From Helicobacteraceae bacterium 4484_230 (GTDB lineage: Bacteria; Campylobacterota; Campylobacteria; Campylobacterales; Sulfurimonadaceae): DNA of 39,046 nt. Made by a program: the position numbers and the translations under genes. This document shows, piece after piece, positions 1 to 8,883 of this stretch. The stretch is taken from positions 1 to 39,046 of the forward strand of contig MZGN01000014.1 of NCBI GenBank assembly GCA_002085085.1, given 5' to 3'. The notes below the pieces were generated by a model. The model was not told the origin of the DNA. It saw only the letters and a list, made by a program, of their open reading frames with translations, and did no database searches. Each line of letters starts with the position of its first letter. Position 1 is the stretch's first letter.

Positions 1-713
1 GATGCCAGGAACTGGGCAGTGCGCATCTTTGTGATCGGGAAGATCCCTAAAATCAACTGCGCATCACTGCGGTCTCTGTTTTCCCTGTTGGCCTCTTCCA
101 TAAGGTCAAGCAGCAGTCTTGCGCTTTCGGTATCGTAAACCGGTTGGGTAATGATGCCCTGAGTGCCGTGAGAGATCTTTTTTGACATCTTCTTCTGCAG
201 CGTTTTCGGGTTTTTCGCAAAGGAGTTGATAACCGAGAACGGGTAGATCGCTTCAGGTTTGGAGACCAGGGGCCTGCCGGCATAATCTATACCGCTGTTA
301 AAACAGGTGATCATATCCAGAAGCAGGGTGCTGTCACTTTCAAAGACACCTTTTGCATGAGGCTGATCGGAGATCTTCGCCGGATCCCCCGTAAGCGCTA
401 AAATAGTGCGAATACCGGCTTCATTTGCTCCGAGCAGGTCTGACTGAAGTGCAATGCGGTTGCGGTCTCTCATGCTTATGGTCGCAATGACAGGCTTGCT
501 GAAGCGGTCCTGTAGCATTTTTGCCGCAAAAAGCGAATTATATTTCAGTTTTGCCAAGGGGTTGTCGGTTGTCGTAAAGCCGTCGACATAATTTTCAAGT
601 TCCAGATCGGCGATTTTGTCTATTGTCGGTGAAAATTTCGGCGAATGGCCGGGAGTAGTCTCAAGGGTAATATAAGAGCCGTTATGCAGCTTTCGTATAA
701 GTTGCTCAATCAA
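1..713 (-). CDS. metF: 5,10-methylenetetrahydrofolate reductase (MTHFR); first ~237 codons, 3' end runs off the left edge
   Basis: Not in the ORF track because it runs off the edge. My reverse-strand translation from TTG at 711-713 gives MIEQLIRKLHNGSYITLETTPGHSPKF...ILALTGDPAKISDQP...HGTQGIITQPVYDTESA...LILGIFPITKMRTAQFLA and stays open to base 1. AGGA lies 8 nt upstream of the TTG. Confidence 0.8.
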   Translation of the reverse strand, partial: MIEQLIRKLHNGSYITLETTPGHSPKFSPTIDKIADLELENYVDGFTTTDNPLAKLKYNSLFAAKMLQDRFSKPVIATISMRDRNRIALQSDLLGANEAGIRTILALTGDPAKISDQPHAKGVFESDSTLLLDMITCFNSGIDYAGRPLVSKPEAIYPFSVINSFAKNPKTLQKKMSKKISHGTQGIITQPVYDTESARLLLDLMEEANRENRDRSDAQLILGIFPITKMRTAQFLA

Positions 714-817
714 AATAAATCCTGTTCAAGGTACCTCAAAAAACGGTTGTGATACTCTCATAATCTTTAGAGGTGCTCTTGGCTATAATTGCGCCATTAT
801 ATCGAAAGAGTGTGTAA

Positions 818-1441
818 ATGAAACTATGTGTATTTGATTTTGATTCAACATTAATGGATGGCGAAACGATCGATTTTTTTGCCGAAGCACTGGGTATAGG
901 TCCCCAGGTAGCCGCAATCACTGAACGTGCAATGGCAGGAGAACTTGATTTTTTTGAAAGCCTTCAGGAGCGTGTCGGCCTTTTGAAAGGGCTGGATTTT
1001 AAAACGGTCGAAGAGATCAGCCATTCGCTGCCGTATATGCCCGGTGCGGTAGAGACTATAGCAGAGCTGAAAAAAACGGGTGTAAGTGTTGTCTGCTTTA
1101 GCGGCGGCTTTAGAACTGCGACGAGTTATGCCAAAGATATTCTTGGTTATGACGCTGATTTTTCAAACGCCCTGCATCATAAGGACGGCAAGCTTACAGG
1201 ACTTGTCGGGGGCGATATGATGTTCAACTGGTCTAAAGGCGACATGCTGGTGAGACTGCAGGATATACTGGGCGTAACGCCGGAGGAGACGATGGTTGTC
1301 GGTGACGGTGCAAATGATTTGAGTATGTTCAAGTATGCCGGTACACGTGTCGCATTTTGTGCAAGAGAGGTGTTAAAAAAAGAGGCCAACATTATTGTCG
1401 ACAACAAGGATCTGACTGAGATCCTGACAAGGATGATGTAG
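818..1441 (+). CDS. serB: phosphoserine phosphatase (HAD superfamily, SerB type)
   Basis: 207-aa ORF. HAD motif I DFDSTL at the N-terminus (MKLCVFDFDSTLMDGETID) and motif IV VGDGANDL. TATAAT at 784-789 and AAAGAG 7 nt before the ATG. Confidence 0.85.
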   Translation: MKLCVFDFDSTLMDGETIDFFAEALGIGPQVAAITERAMAGELDFFESLQERVGLLKGLDFKTVEEISHSLPYMPGAVETIAELKKTGVSVVCFSGGFRTATSYAKDILGYDADFSNALHHKDGKLTGLVGGDMMFNWSKGDMLVRLQDILGVTPEETMVVGDGANDLSMFKYAGTRVAFCAREVLKKEANIIVDNKDLTEILTRMM

Positions 1442-1749
1442 TGCTGGAGAATTCCATATGGTCGGAGTTTCATACTGACAAGACGATCCGCGAGACTCTT
1501 GCCGGCCTGCTTGGGCGCGATATAGAGAGTGTAGGCGGCAGTGAGAAGGAGCTTTATGCTGTTTTAAAGCGCCACTTGACCAAAAAAGAGCTGCGTCTTT
1601 TTATTATGAATGAAGCAGGTATGGATGATGCTGCGATACAGGGCAAAACAGGTATAGAAGCAGCTGCATATGAAAAGGCCAAAAGAAGAGTTTATTCCAA
1701 GATCAGGTCAAAAAAGATCTCGGACGAGATCAAGTCGATAGGATCATAA
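1441..1749 (+). CDS. small hypothetical protein with a sigma-70 region-4-like helix-turn-helix
   Basis: 102-aa ORF whose GTG start overlaps the serB stop by 1 nt. LTKKELRLFIMNEAGMDDAAIQGKTGIEAAAYEKAKRRVYSKIR resembles the sigma70_r4/LuxR-type HTH pattern. This is a by-eye motif match only. Confidence 0.5.
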   Translation: MLENSIWSEFHTDKTIRETLAGLLGRDIESVGGSEKELYAVLKRHLTKKELRLFIMNEAGMDDAAIQGKTGIEAAAYEKAKRRVYSKIRSKKISDEIKSIGS

Positions 1750-1751
1750 AG

Positions 1752-3152
1752 CTACGAGTCATTCTCTTCTACGACAGCGCCGAAGTCGATTAAAAGATTT
1801 AAAATTTTAGTGCGATTATGCTGAACTGCCAGCCTGTAGGCGTTCAGTCCCCCCTCTGAACTAAGGTTTACATCACATCCAAACTCAAGCAGAAAGTTAC
1901 ATATCTTATAGTGGTTGTAGTAGACGCTGAGCATCAAAGCGCTCCATCCGAATTTATCCAGTCTGTCACAGTCTGCATAGTTGTTCAGCAGCATCCTGAG
2001 TGCATCCAGACGTCCTGTAGAGGCGGCAAGCATAAGAGGTGTGCGTCCATTGGTATCAGTATAGTCAACGTCTGCGCCAAGCCTGAGCAGCAGGCTGAGG
2101 TGCCTTTTTATTCCACTGTCCTGGTATCTCGAGACGGCATGAAAAAGCGGTGTCCATTTAAGTGAGTTTGTCGGTATATCTACATGCGCCCCTTTTTGCA
2201 GGAGCAGTGTTTCTATCTCTCTAAACCGGTCCGCTTTTTGAGGAAATCTGGAAATGGCATTATGACACAGCGTAAGGGCTGTATGAAGAGAGTCGAAAAA
2301 GTAGATGTTGGCGCCATATTCAAGAAGCAGTATCGTGCCTTCACTGTTGCCGTTTCTCATAGCCATACTCAGGGCGCAGCTTCCGTTGTTTGTTTTGTGG
2401 TCGATAGTGGCGTGGCGCTTAAGAAGTGCTTTGGCAGCATCGGCATACCGGCTGTGTACAGATGCCACAATAAGGGGTGTGATGCCGTATTTGTCTGTCG
2501 CGTCTATATCAAGATGTTTGTTGATCAGGTAATTTATCAGACGGCCGTTGCCGCTTTGTACGCCAAAGTGCAGAAGGCTCTGTCCGTCACTGTTTTTTTC
2601 ATAGAGCTCCCCGGGCGACCTCAAAGCATTTACCAGTGCAGCCAGATCACCTTTTTTTGCAAGTTCGAACAGGGAGGTGCTGCCGGCATCATATATGGAT
2701 GTGACAGAGTTGATCATTTCAGTGATACGGTTATCCCGGATCTCTCTGGAGGCATCAAGCGGTGTAATATTATTTTTGTTTTGGGCATTTTTGTCGGCAC
2801 CGTAGCTAAGAAGAAGATAGACTGCCTGGTATTGGCGCAGTTTTACCGCATAGTGAAGCGGCGTCTCTCCTTTTTCGTCAGATATATTCGGGTCGGCTCC
2901 ATGCTCAAGAAGGGTCTGAACGATCTTTTCACGGTTTTGCGATATTGCGTAGATCAGGGGAGGGGGTTTACCAAGATCGTGATAATCCACGTCAAACCCG
3001 TTTGATATCATAAGTTTGATATGGTTTTCGTCTGCTGTCCGTATCGCACCGTAAAAAGGCTGATATGTATGTTCTATTATCTCTGCTTCATACGGCTGAT
3101 AAAATGGTGTCTTTAAGATCAAAGCACTCTGTAGACGCTCCATAAACGGCAT
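1752..3152 (-). CDS. ankyrin-repeat protein (roughly a dozen ANK repeats), no obvious signal peptide
   Basis: 466-aa ORF with repeated ~33-aa units carrying TPL(H/M).A...G....V..LL..GAD(V/P/K)(N/D), e.g. GETPLHYAVKLRQYQAVYLLLSYGADKN and GRTPLMLAASTGRLDALRMLLNNYADCD. Confidence 0.85.
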   Translation of the reverse strand: MPFMERLQSALILKTPFYQPYEAEIIEHTYQPFYGAIRTADENHIKLMISNGFDVDYHDLGKPPPLIYAISQNREKIVQTLLEHGADPNISDEKGETPLHYAVKLRQYQAVYLLLSYGADKNAQNKNNITPLDASREIRDNRITEMINSVTSIYDAGSTSLFELAKKGDLAALVNALRSPGELYEKNSDGQSLLHFGVQSGNGRLINYLINKHLDIDATDKYGITPLIVASVHSRYADAAKALLKRHATIDHKTNNGSCALSMAMRNGNSEGTILLLEYGANIYFFDSLHTALTLCHNAISRFPQKADRFREIETLLLQKGAHVDIPTNSLKWTPLFHAVSRYQDSGIKRHLSLLLRLGADVDYTDTNGRTPLMLAASTGRLDALRMLLNNYADCDRLDKFGWSALMLSVYYNHYKICNFLLEFGCDVNLSSEGGLNAYRLAVQHNRTKILNLLIDFGAVVEENDS

Positions 3153-3292
3153 TAACTTTCTCCTTTTATGCTATCACATATAAGATAATCGTATCACAGT
3201 TAGGTTAAGTGAAGTTGAAGTCAGATTGTAGATCGTACTTGGCTGGTATTTGTTTCAGTTTGGGAGTGTTTGAAGGTTTGAACCTGAAGATA

Positions 3293-3319
3293 TGCCAAAG
3301 GAATTTTCTTCCTTTGGCA
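3293..3319 (-). terminator. stem-loop immediately downstream of rpsR; probable terminator of the rpsF-ssb-rpsR operon
   Basis: Perfect 10-bp stem tgccaaagga / tcctttggca with a 7-nt loop, ending 6 nt after the rpsR stop. The trailing U-tract on the minus strand is weak. Confidence 0.5.
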
Positions 3320-3325
3320 ATTGTA

Positions 3326-3589
3326 TTATTTGATATTTTCGAAAGGGTTTGTAACAACCACTTTACGGGTAACGGTATACGGAACAAGTGCCGCAGCACG
3401 TGCACGTTTGATCGCTGCCGCTATCATCTCCTGATGGCGCTTACAGTTGCCTGTAAGACGGCGAGGCATGATTTTATAGCGCTCAGAGAGTGAGAATTTC
3501 AAAGAAGCAGTGTCTTTGTAGTCTATAAACTCTACTTTCGCTTCACAGTATTTACAGTAACGTTTTTTATATTTTCTTCTTTCTGCCAT
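3326..3589 (-). CDS. rpsR: 30S ribosomal protein S18
   Basis: 87-aa [19 protein letters not shown]...[35 protein letters not shown] is a typical S18 sequence. Last gene of the rpsF-ssb-rpsR order. Confidence 0.95.
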   Translation of the reverse strand: MAERRKYKKRYCKYCEAKVEFIDYKDTASLKFSLSERYKIMPRRLTGNCKRHQEMIAAAIKRARAAALVPYTVTRKVVVTNPFENIK

Positions 3590-3615
3590 GGTGTTTTCCT
3601 TATGTCTTTAATATT

Positions 3616-4155
3616 CTAAAATGGAATCTCATCTTCATCGATGTTGATCTCCGGAATGTTGCTTTCCGGTGCCTGCTGCTGTGGCTGTTTGTATGTATCC
3701 TGCTGCTTTGGTGCGTTATAGCCACCTTGCGGTGCACTGTAACTGCCTTGAGGAGCATTGTAGCCACCTTGAGACGGGGGTGCGTTATAGCCACCCTGAT
3801 TTGTTCCGGCACCGGCACCCATCTGAGAGTCGGCTCTGGAGTCAAGCATCTGCATTGTCTCTACAACAACGCCGTGCTTTGAACGCTTGCCGCCGTTTTG
3901 GTCTACCCACTGGTCAAGCTGAAGTCTTCCCTCTACAAGGATTTTGCTCCCTTTGCGAAGATACTGGTTGGCGATCTCTGCCGAACGTGCAAAGAAAGTT
4001 ATATCTATAAACATAACTTCTTCTTTTTTTTCGCCGTTGCTTGTGAACTTACGGTTGGTGGCAATGCCTGTTTTGGCAATGGCCATACCGCTCTGCGAGT
4101 AACGCAGTTCAATGTCGCGTGTCAGATTTCCAACCAGAATGACTTTGTTAAACAT
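3616..4155 (-). CDS. ssb: single-stranded DNA-binding protein
   Basis: 179-aa ORF. N-terminal OB fold MFNKVILVGNLTRDIELRY, a GGYNAP-repeat Gly/Gln/Pro-rich tail and the acidic C-terminal tip DEDEIPF. Confidence 0.95.
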   Translation of the reverse strand: MFNKVILVGNLTRDIELRYSQSGMAIAKTGIATNRKFTSNGEKKEEVMFIDITFFARSAEIANQYLRKGSKILVEGRLQLDQWVDQNGGKRSKHGVVVETMQMLDSRADSQMGAGAGTNQGGYNAPPSQGGYNAPQGSYSAPQGGYNAPKQQDTYKQPQQQAPESNIPEINIDEDEIPF

Positions 4156-4169
4156 GGGTTTTCCTTATT

Positions 4170-4622
4170 TTACTCGGCAGCAGGTGCCTCTTCTGTTTTA
4201 GCTTCCGCTTCCGGTGTTTCAGCTGCTTCTGCAGCAGGTGCCTCTGACGTTTCTGCTGCAGGTGCTTCTGCTGCTTCAGGTGCTGCGGCTTTTTTTGTTT
4301 TTTCGACAAGGTGGTTCCATGCTTCTACTTCACGCTTGGAATCATACTTGATCGTTACAAAACGAAGCAGTTCTTCATTGATGCGGAAACGTCTTTCGAC
4401 TTCTGCGATGGCAGACGGTTCCATTGTATAATAGATGACCTGGAAAAATCCACGCTCGTTTTTATTGATCGGATAGGCAAGCTTGCGCATTCCCATAACG
4501 TCACGTGCTTTTATTTCAGCACCGTTTGATGTCAAGGTCTCTTCGACCGCTGCGATTGTATTTTTGATCTCTTCTTCTGTCAAAGTAGGTTTGACAATAA
4601 CAAGATTTTCGTAATGTCTCAT
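4170..4622 (-). CDS. rpsF: 30S ribosomal protein S6 with a long Ala/Glu/Pro-rich C-terminal tail
   Basis: 150-aa ORF. MRHYENLVIVKPTLTEEE...FFQVIYYTMEPSAIAEVERRFRINEELLRF is S6-like. The C-terminus is KKAAAPEAAEAPAAETSEAPAAEAAETPEAEAKTEEAPAAE. Confidence 0.95.
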   Translation of the reverse strand: MRHYENLVIVKPTLTEEEIKNTIAAVEETLTSNGAEIKARDVMGMRKLAYPINKNERGFFQVIYYTMEPSAIAEVERRFRINEELLRFVTIKYDSKREVEAWNHLVEKTKKAAAPEAAEAPAAETSEAPAAEAAETPEAEAKTEEAPAAE

Positions 4623-4891
4623 AGAGTATATTCTCCTTTTGGTATTGGTCCCTCACGGCTTAAAATGCCACAACGGCATCTCTGGATATGCTCTGCAGTA
4701 CTGCATTGCACAAAGAGAAAGGAACGCGTGATGTTATCTGAAAAATGCTTAAAAGCAGTTAAGGTTGCATTATGGCCGCAGGAGTGTAAAAACTACGGTG
4801 GCATTTTTAAGGATGGTTCCGATAGTCTTATGAATACCGAAAATATAAGTCATTACAGAAATTATTATAAAATTAAAGATGGAGAATAATA

Positions 4892-5527
4892 ATGAGAAAA
4901 ATATTAAGCCTTTGCCTTTTTGCAGTTATGTTGACACTTTTTTATACAGGCTGTGCCCCAAGACCCGAGTATAAACCCAGTGTACAAAAGAGCAATAGAA
5001 CATTGCTTTATGTTTATTGTTTGGAAGCGGTAAAGTCTAGCGACTATGGTTATGAAATCAGAGTGAACGATATGACGGAACCGCTTATATTGAGAGATAA
5101 CGGATATCTTGTGTTTGAGCTGGATTCAAAGGATATTTCTATTTCAGCGCAGAACAGCGACGATATCGCAGGAGTTGTTGACAGAGATACTATAGTTTTA
5201 AAAAATGTCAAGAAGGGTAAAAGTTATTATGTCAAAGCGATCATCAGTGAAGGCGAAAAGGTGGACCTGGTCGCGGTAGACAGCTTGAAGGCACAGAAGG
5301 AGATCAAAAATACCGTACTTTACGATCAGGAGGAGAACACATATCACCTGTTCGTCAACGATACCGATAAAGTAAGCGGACCAGCTGTCATAGAAAGCGA
5401 TACGGCTTCTTCGTCTGTAGCAGGTTCCGATGCGCAGGAGATAGAAAAGCTTTATGAACTAAAAGAGAAGGGTGTCATAAGTGACGATGAGTTCAGGCGG
5501 CTGAAGAAGAAGATCATCGAGAAATAG
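4892..5527 (+). CDS. lipoprotein with a C-terminal SHOCT-like motif
   Basis: 211-aa ORF with signal peptide and lipobox (LFYTGC). C-terminal EIEKLYELKEKGVISDDEFRRLKKKII matches the SHOCT short oligomerisation motif. GGAG lies upstream of the ATG. Confidence 0.7.
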   Translation: MRKILSLCLFAVMLTLFYTGCAPRPEYKPSVQKSNRTLLYVYCLEAVKSSDYGYEIRVNDMTEPLILRDNGYLVFELDSKDISISAQNSDDIAGVVDRDTIVLKNVKKGKSYYVKAIISEGEKVDLVAVDSLKAQKEIKNTVLYDQEENTYHLFVNDTDKVSGPAVIESDTASSSVAGSDAQEIEKLYELKEKGVISDDEFRRLKKKIIEK

Positions 5528-5548
5528 AGCGGGTTTTAGATCGGAAAT

Positions 5549-6520
5549 CTAGAGTATGCCCTGAAGGCGGATCAGGGCAGAAAGCAAAAGTGCATTTTTG
5601 TCCATCGCTCCGGGAGATTTCATCTTTAATTCAGTTTCAAGCAGAAGTGTCAGCATCTCCAGGTACTGTTCCTGTTTAAAGCGGATGCTTTGCCGGGCGC
5701 GCTCTTTTTCTATACGTGGGGGAAGTTTATAACCAAGAACTTTTAAAGAGTCTACAGCACCGCTGATTTTTATTGAGATGTAGAAGAGGTAGAGCTGGGC
5801 AATATGGCTGCTAAGGGCCGTTATGATGCGAATTTCATCCTGTCCGCTTTCAAGTATGCGCTGCAGTTGCATCTTGAAATCTTTTTTGTCCAGCAGTGTG
5901 TTTATGAGCTGTTCTATTCTGACTTCTCCCATTCCAAACACAAGCTCATCAATCTCTTTGGTAGTGACAGGACGCTGCAGTATCTGCAGTTTGCCCAGTT
6001 CGTTAAAAGCCAGTCCCAGGTCGTTGTTCTGGGTTTCAAGAAGGTAGGATGCGCTGTAGTGCTGCATGTCAATCCCCATGGCTTTGGCTTCTTCAAGAAT
6101 GATATTTTTTGCTTCACTGTCAAACGGAGTAAAAAGACGGATGCTTACACCTCCTGATTTGGTGTTGAAAGCAGCAGTTGCACTTTTTTTGAAATCACTG
6201 CCGAGATAGCCGTATATAAAAAGATTGTCCGGATTTTTTTTGACAAGTTCCAGCAGGGCGGAAAGATCGTTTTTAGGTACTTTTTTTTCACTTTTAATGA
6301 TCAGTATGTTCCTGTCGCCAAAAAGTGAACCTTGCGAGATGTGCGCTTTGGCTGCAGTAAAATTGTACTCATCGTGATAAAGTGTGAGTGTATTTGCGTC
6401 CGGGATATTGCTTAATAGCCGAATATAGCGGTCTATTAGAAAGTGGCTCTCCCCGTAAAGCATAACGGCATTTGGTGCTTTGTTCTGTCTGATAAGTCCG
6501 TCCAGCTCCTGTCTTTTCAT
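5549..6520 (-). CDS. holA: DNA polymerase III delta subunit
   Basis: The track ORF runs 5549-6610. I prefer the internal ATG at 6518-6520 (MKRQELDGLIRQNKAPNAVMLYGESHFLIDRY...), a typical HolA N-terminus that avoids overlap with the rnr 3' end at 6543. Confidence 0.75.
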   Translation of the reverse strand: MKRQELDGLIRQNKAPNAVMLYGESHFLIDRYIRLLSNIPDANTLTLYHDEYNFTAAKAHISQGSLFGDRNILIIKSEKKVPKNDLSALLELVKKNPDNLFIYGYLGSDFKKSATAAFNTKSGGVSIRLFTPFDSEAKNIILEEAKAMGIDMQHYSASYLLETQNNDLGLAFNELGKLQILQRPVTTKEIDELVFGMGEVRIEQLINTLLDKKDFKMQLQRILESGQDEIRIITALSSHIAQLYLFYISIKISGAVDSLKVLGYKLPPRIEKERARQSIRFKQEQYLEMLTLLLETELKMKSPGAMDKNALLLSALIRLQGIL

Positions 6521-6542
6521 ACATCGGCCCTCTGTCTTTTTT

Positions 6543-8478
6543 TCACTGTTCGTCCTCTTTGCCTGCAAGGGTAGCGTGGATCTTTGCCGTAGCCAGATCG
6601 ACGTTTTCAATGCGTATGACTACATCGTCAAAGAGCAGAACCGGCCTGTTGACATTCAGAATGACCTCTGCCCCCTGAAACGGCTCGAGTATTTCTGCCG
6701 TATATACCGGGTCGGTCGAGCTGATACGTGCCTTAAATTCCCGGCCTGTCTGCCTATGAGCTGATACGTGCCTTAAATTCCCGGCCTGTCTGCCTATGGG
6801 CCCAGCGTGCAAATTTGCGCTGCATAAAACGGATTTCGATATCAGCCGCTTCGCGTTCCTTATCGCTGATGGCAAAACAGAGAGCATCTATATTGCGAAG
6901 CACATAAGAACCCTCTTCGGTGTCGTTTGCTTTTATCGCTTTTAAAAGTCTGTGGACTATAAGATCCGAATAGCGTCTTATGGGTGAGGTGAAGTGTGTA
7001 TAACGCTTAAACCCGCGGATGATGAGTGTATCTACTTCACTCTCAAGGCCGCGTCTGCGCGCCTCGTCCTGTATGAAAGTGATGGTCTCTTTTATAGTCG
7101 GTTTCTGCTCTACAATAATGCCTATACCGGCAAGCTCCTGGTAAAGAGCCTGAAGTTTTTTCGGGCTTGGCTGTTCATGGATACGAAATACCCCGTGGTC
7201 ATACATGGAGGCTGCAGCTTTGTTCGCCAAAAGCATACAGTCTTCCACTACTGCATGCGATGGAGTCTCTTCTGCTATTTTTGTAGTGATCAACTCCTGG
7301 TTTTCATCAATATACATCTCCAGCTCTTTTGAGCGGAAGTCGTAACCGTTTTTAAGACGCTGTGCTTTGAGGGCATCGGTAAGAGTGCGAAGCGGCAGTA
7401 GAAAATCCATCACACTCCGTTCGTCATCATTCGTCGCTTTGAGGGTGCCTTCAAAAAAGCTGTCTATCTCTTCATAGTTAAATCTTCTTTTAGAGTGAAT
7501 GACTGCCTCGTAGAGTTCGCTGCGTTCTACTTCGAGAGAGTCTTTGTTTATATGCAGTTCAAAAACATATGCCAGCCGGTCGGCATGCGGCTGAAGAGAA
7601 CAGAGCGTTTCCGAGAGTTCGCGCGGAAGCATGGGGATGGAGCGGTGTGGCAGATAGATGGAGAAGCCCCGATACGCCGCCTCTGCATCAATTGCGCCAA
7701 AAGGTTCCACATAGGCACTTACATCGGCTATAGCTACGTAAAGGATATTTTCCGACGGTATATAGCAGACGGCATCGTCAAAATCTTTTGCCGTAACCGG
7801 GTCGATCGTACAAAAGGGCAGATCGCGCAGATCTTTTCTTTGCGGATATAGCGAGGCATCGACTTTTTTATCGAAACTGCGTGCCTGCCTGAGCACTTCA
7901 TCGTCAAATTCGTCATGTTTGTTATATGCTGCCAGAACGATTTTTTCATCTACTTTCGGGTCATCCAGGTTGCCAAGCACCTCCATGATCTCATTTGTCT
8001 TATTGTTGATCTTGAAAAGTGTACCTTCAGCGTATCCGTTCAGTTTCTCGGGATCGATCTCCACTCCTGCGGGATGACCGGTGCGAATATCGAGAATGGT
8101 TTTGCCATGTTCTCTGAGGGCCACATATGCCACGCTGTAGCTCTCGAGCCGTCCGACGATTTCGACTACTTTGGCCGACGGAGCCCCTCTTTGGCCGAGA
8201 AGCCGCCTTGCTATGACCAGGTCGCCGTCTTTGGCGCCGTGAAGATGATCGGCATCTATAAAAAGATCCCTGACATTGGCTCCCACCACCTGAAGGTAGG
8301 CAGAGCCGTTTTGAGAGAGGGATATGCTTCCTGCACGGTATTTTGACGGAAGGCGGTAGAGATTGTCCTCTTTAAGAAGATAGCCTTTTTTCAGCCACTC
8401 ATCTACTTTTTCGTGTTCTGTTTTGGAGATATCCTGCTCATACAGACCGAGCGTAAGGCGAACCAGTAATGTTTTCAT
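6543..8478 (-). pseudogene. rnr: ribonuclease R (VacB/RNase II family), reading frame broken by a 40-bp tandem duplication as assembled
   Basis: The 574-aa ORF 6754-8478 has an RNB domain (FCTIDPVTAKDFDDAV...HFTSPIRRYSDLIVHR). The S1-like C-terminus (...TDPVYTAEILEPFQGAEVILNV...KEDEQ) continues in another frame to 6543. Removing one 40-bp copy gives a continuous 631-aa ORF. Confidence 0.9.
6718..6797. repeat. perfect 2 x 40-bp tandem direct duplication inside rnr
   Basis: gagctgatacgtgccttaaattcccggcctgtctgcctat occurs at 6718-6757 and again at 6758-6797 with no mismatch and no spacer. Confidence 0.97.
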
Positions 8479-8604
8479 TGCAGGAATTATAACGGATAAA
8501 AAATGAATATGCTAAAATAATCAACTAAAAAAAATTATGGTACTTCCGATGATTCTGAACCAGTCTGTTCAGGATTGGCGGAAGCGCCTGCAAGAGGATT
8601 GCAA

Positions 8605-8883
8605 ATGCAAAGTGAAGCGGTTTTAAAACAACTCGGATACGCACCCAATAATGCACTGATGGCACAGTTGGAGAGGATTGAAAAAAATACCCAGGGGTAT
8701 GAAAAGATTAAAAAGCACATTCTGGATCTGCATGAACATCTGAAAGTTGATGATTCCTATGTAGCGATGTCGAACAGTAATGACTATTTTAAGATAAAGA
8801 TCGAAGCGCCGAGTGAGGGCCGCAGAGAGGAGGCAAGAAATAGGCGTTTTGAAGACGGAACCTATAACGCCGGATGGATATGA
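8605..8883 (+). CDS. small hypothetical protein upstream of, and overlapping, greA
   Basis: The track ORF starts at 8575. The ATG at 8605 has AGAGGA 6 nt upstream (MQSEAVLKQLGYAPNN...). 92 aa with no recognisable motif. Overlaps the greA start by 35 nt. Confidence 0.4.
   Translation: MQSEAVLKQLGYAPNNALMAQLERIEKNTQGYEKIKKHILDLHEHLKVDDSYVAMSNSNDYFKIKIEAPSEGRREEARNRRFEDGTYNAGWI

Noticed and set aside
2184-3005. 273-aa ORF on the plus strand inside the ankyrin gene. Similar long antisense ORFs occur at 33302-34033 (inside MscS), 28523-29053 (HD-GYP), 16392-17024 and 17046-17606 (ileS), 31862-32446 (ThiF-like) and 20450-20866.
   Set aside because: Each lies entirely opposite a gene with strong family motifs. 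Their translations are low-complexity or motif-free. They have no independent start context. They are shadow ORFs.
3690-3800. Imperfect tandem repeats in the ssb 3' half (GGYNAP units) and G-rich runs in the lipoprotein genes (9575-9610, 26620-26660).
   Set aside because: These encode the normal Gly/Pro/Gln-rich SSB tail and the Gly/Ser tethers after lipoprotein Cys+1. They are in frame and are expected low-complexity coding sequence.
4614-4889. 91-aa plus-strand ORF filling the rpsF / lipoprotein intergenic region. Also 3209-3493 and 3205-3405 near rpsR.
   Set aside because: They overlap the rpsF start or the rpsR coding region, or span the terminator hairpin. They have no motifs and no RBS.
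6718-6797. The 40-bp and 35-bp duplications considered as transposon target-site duplications, att sites or CRISPR-repeat-like units.
   Set aside because: Nothing is inserted between the copies. The two duplicated sequences are unrelated to each other. The lengths are far above typical TSDs. There are only two copies and no spacers.
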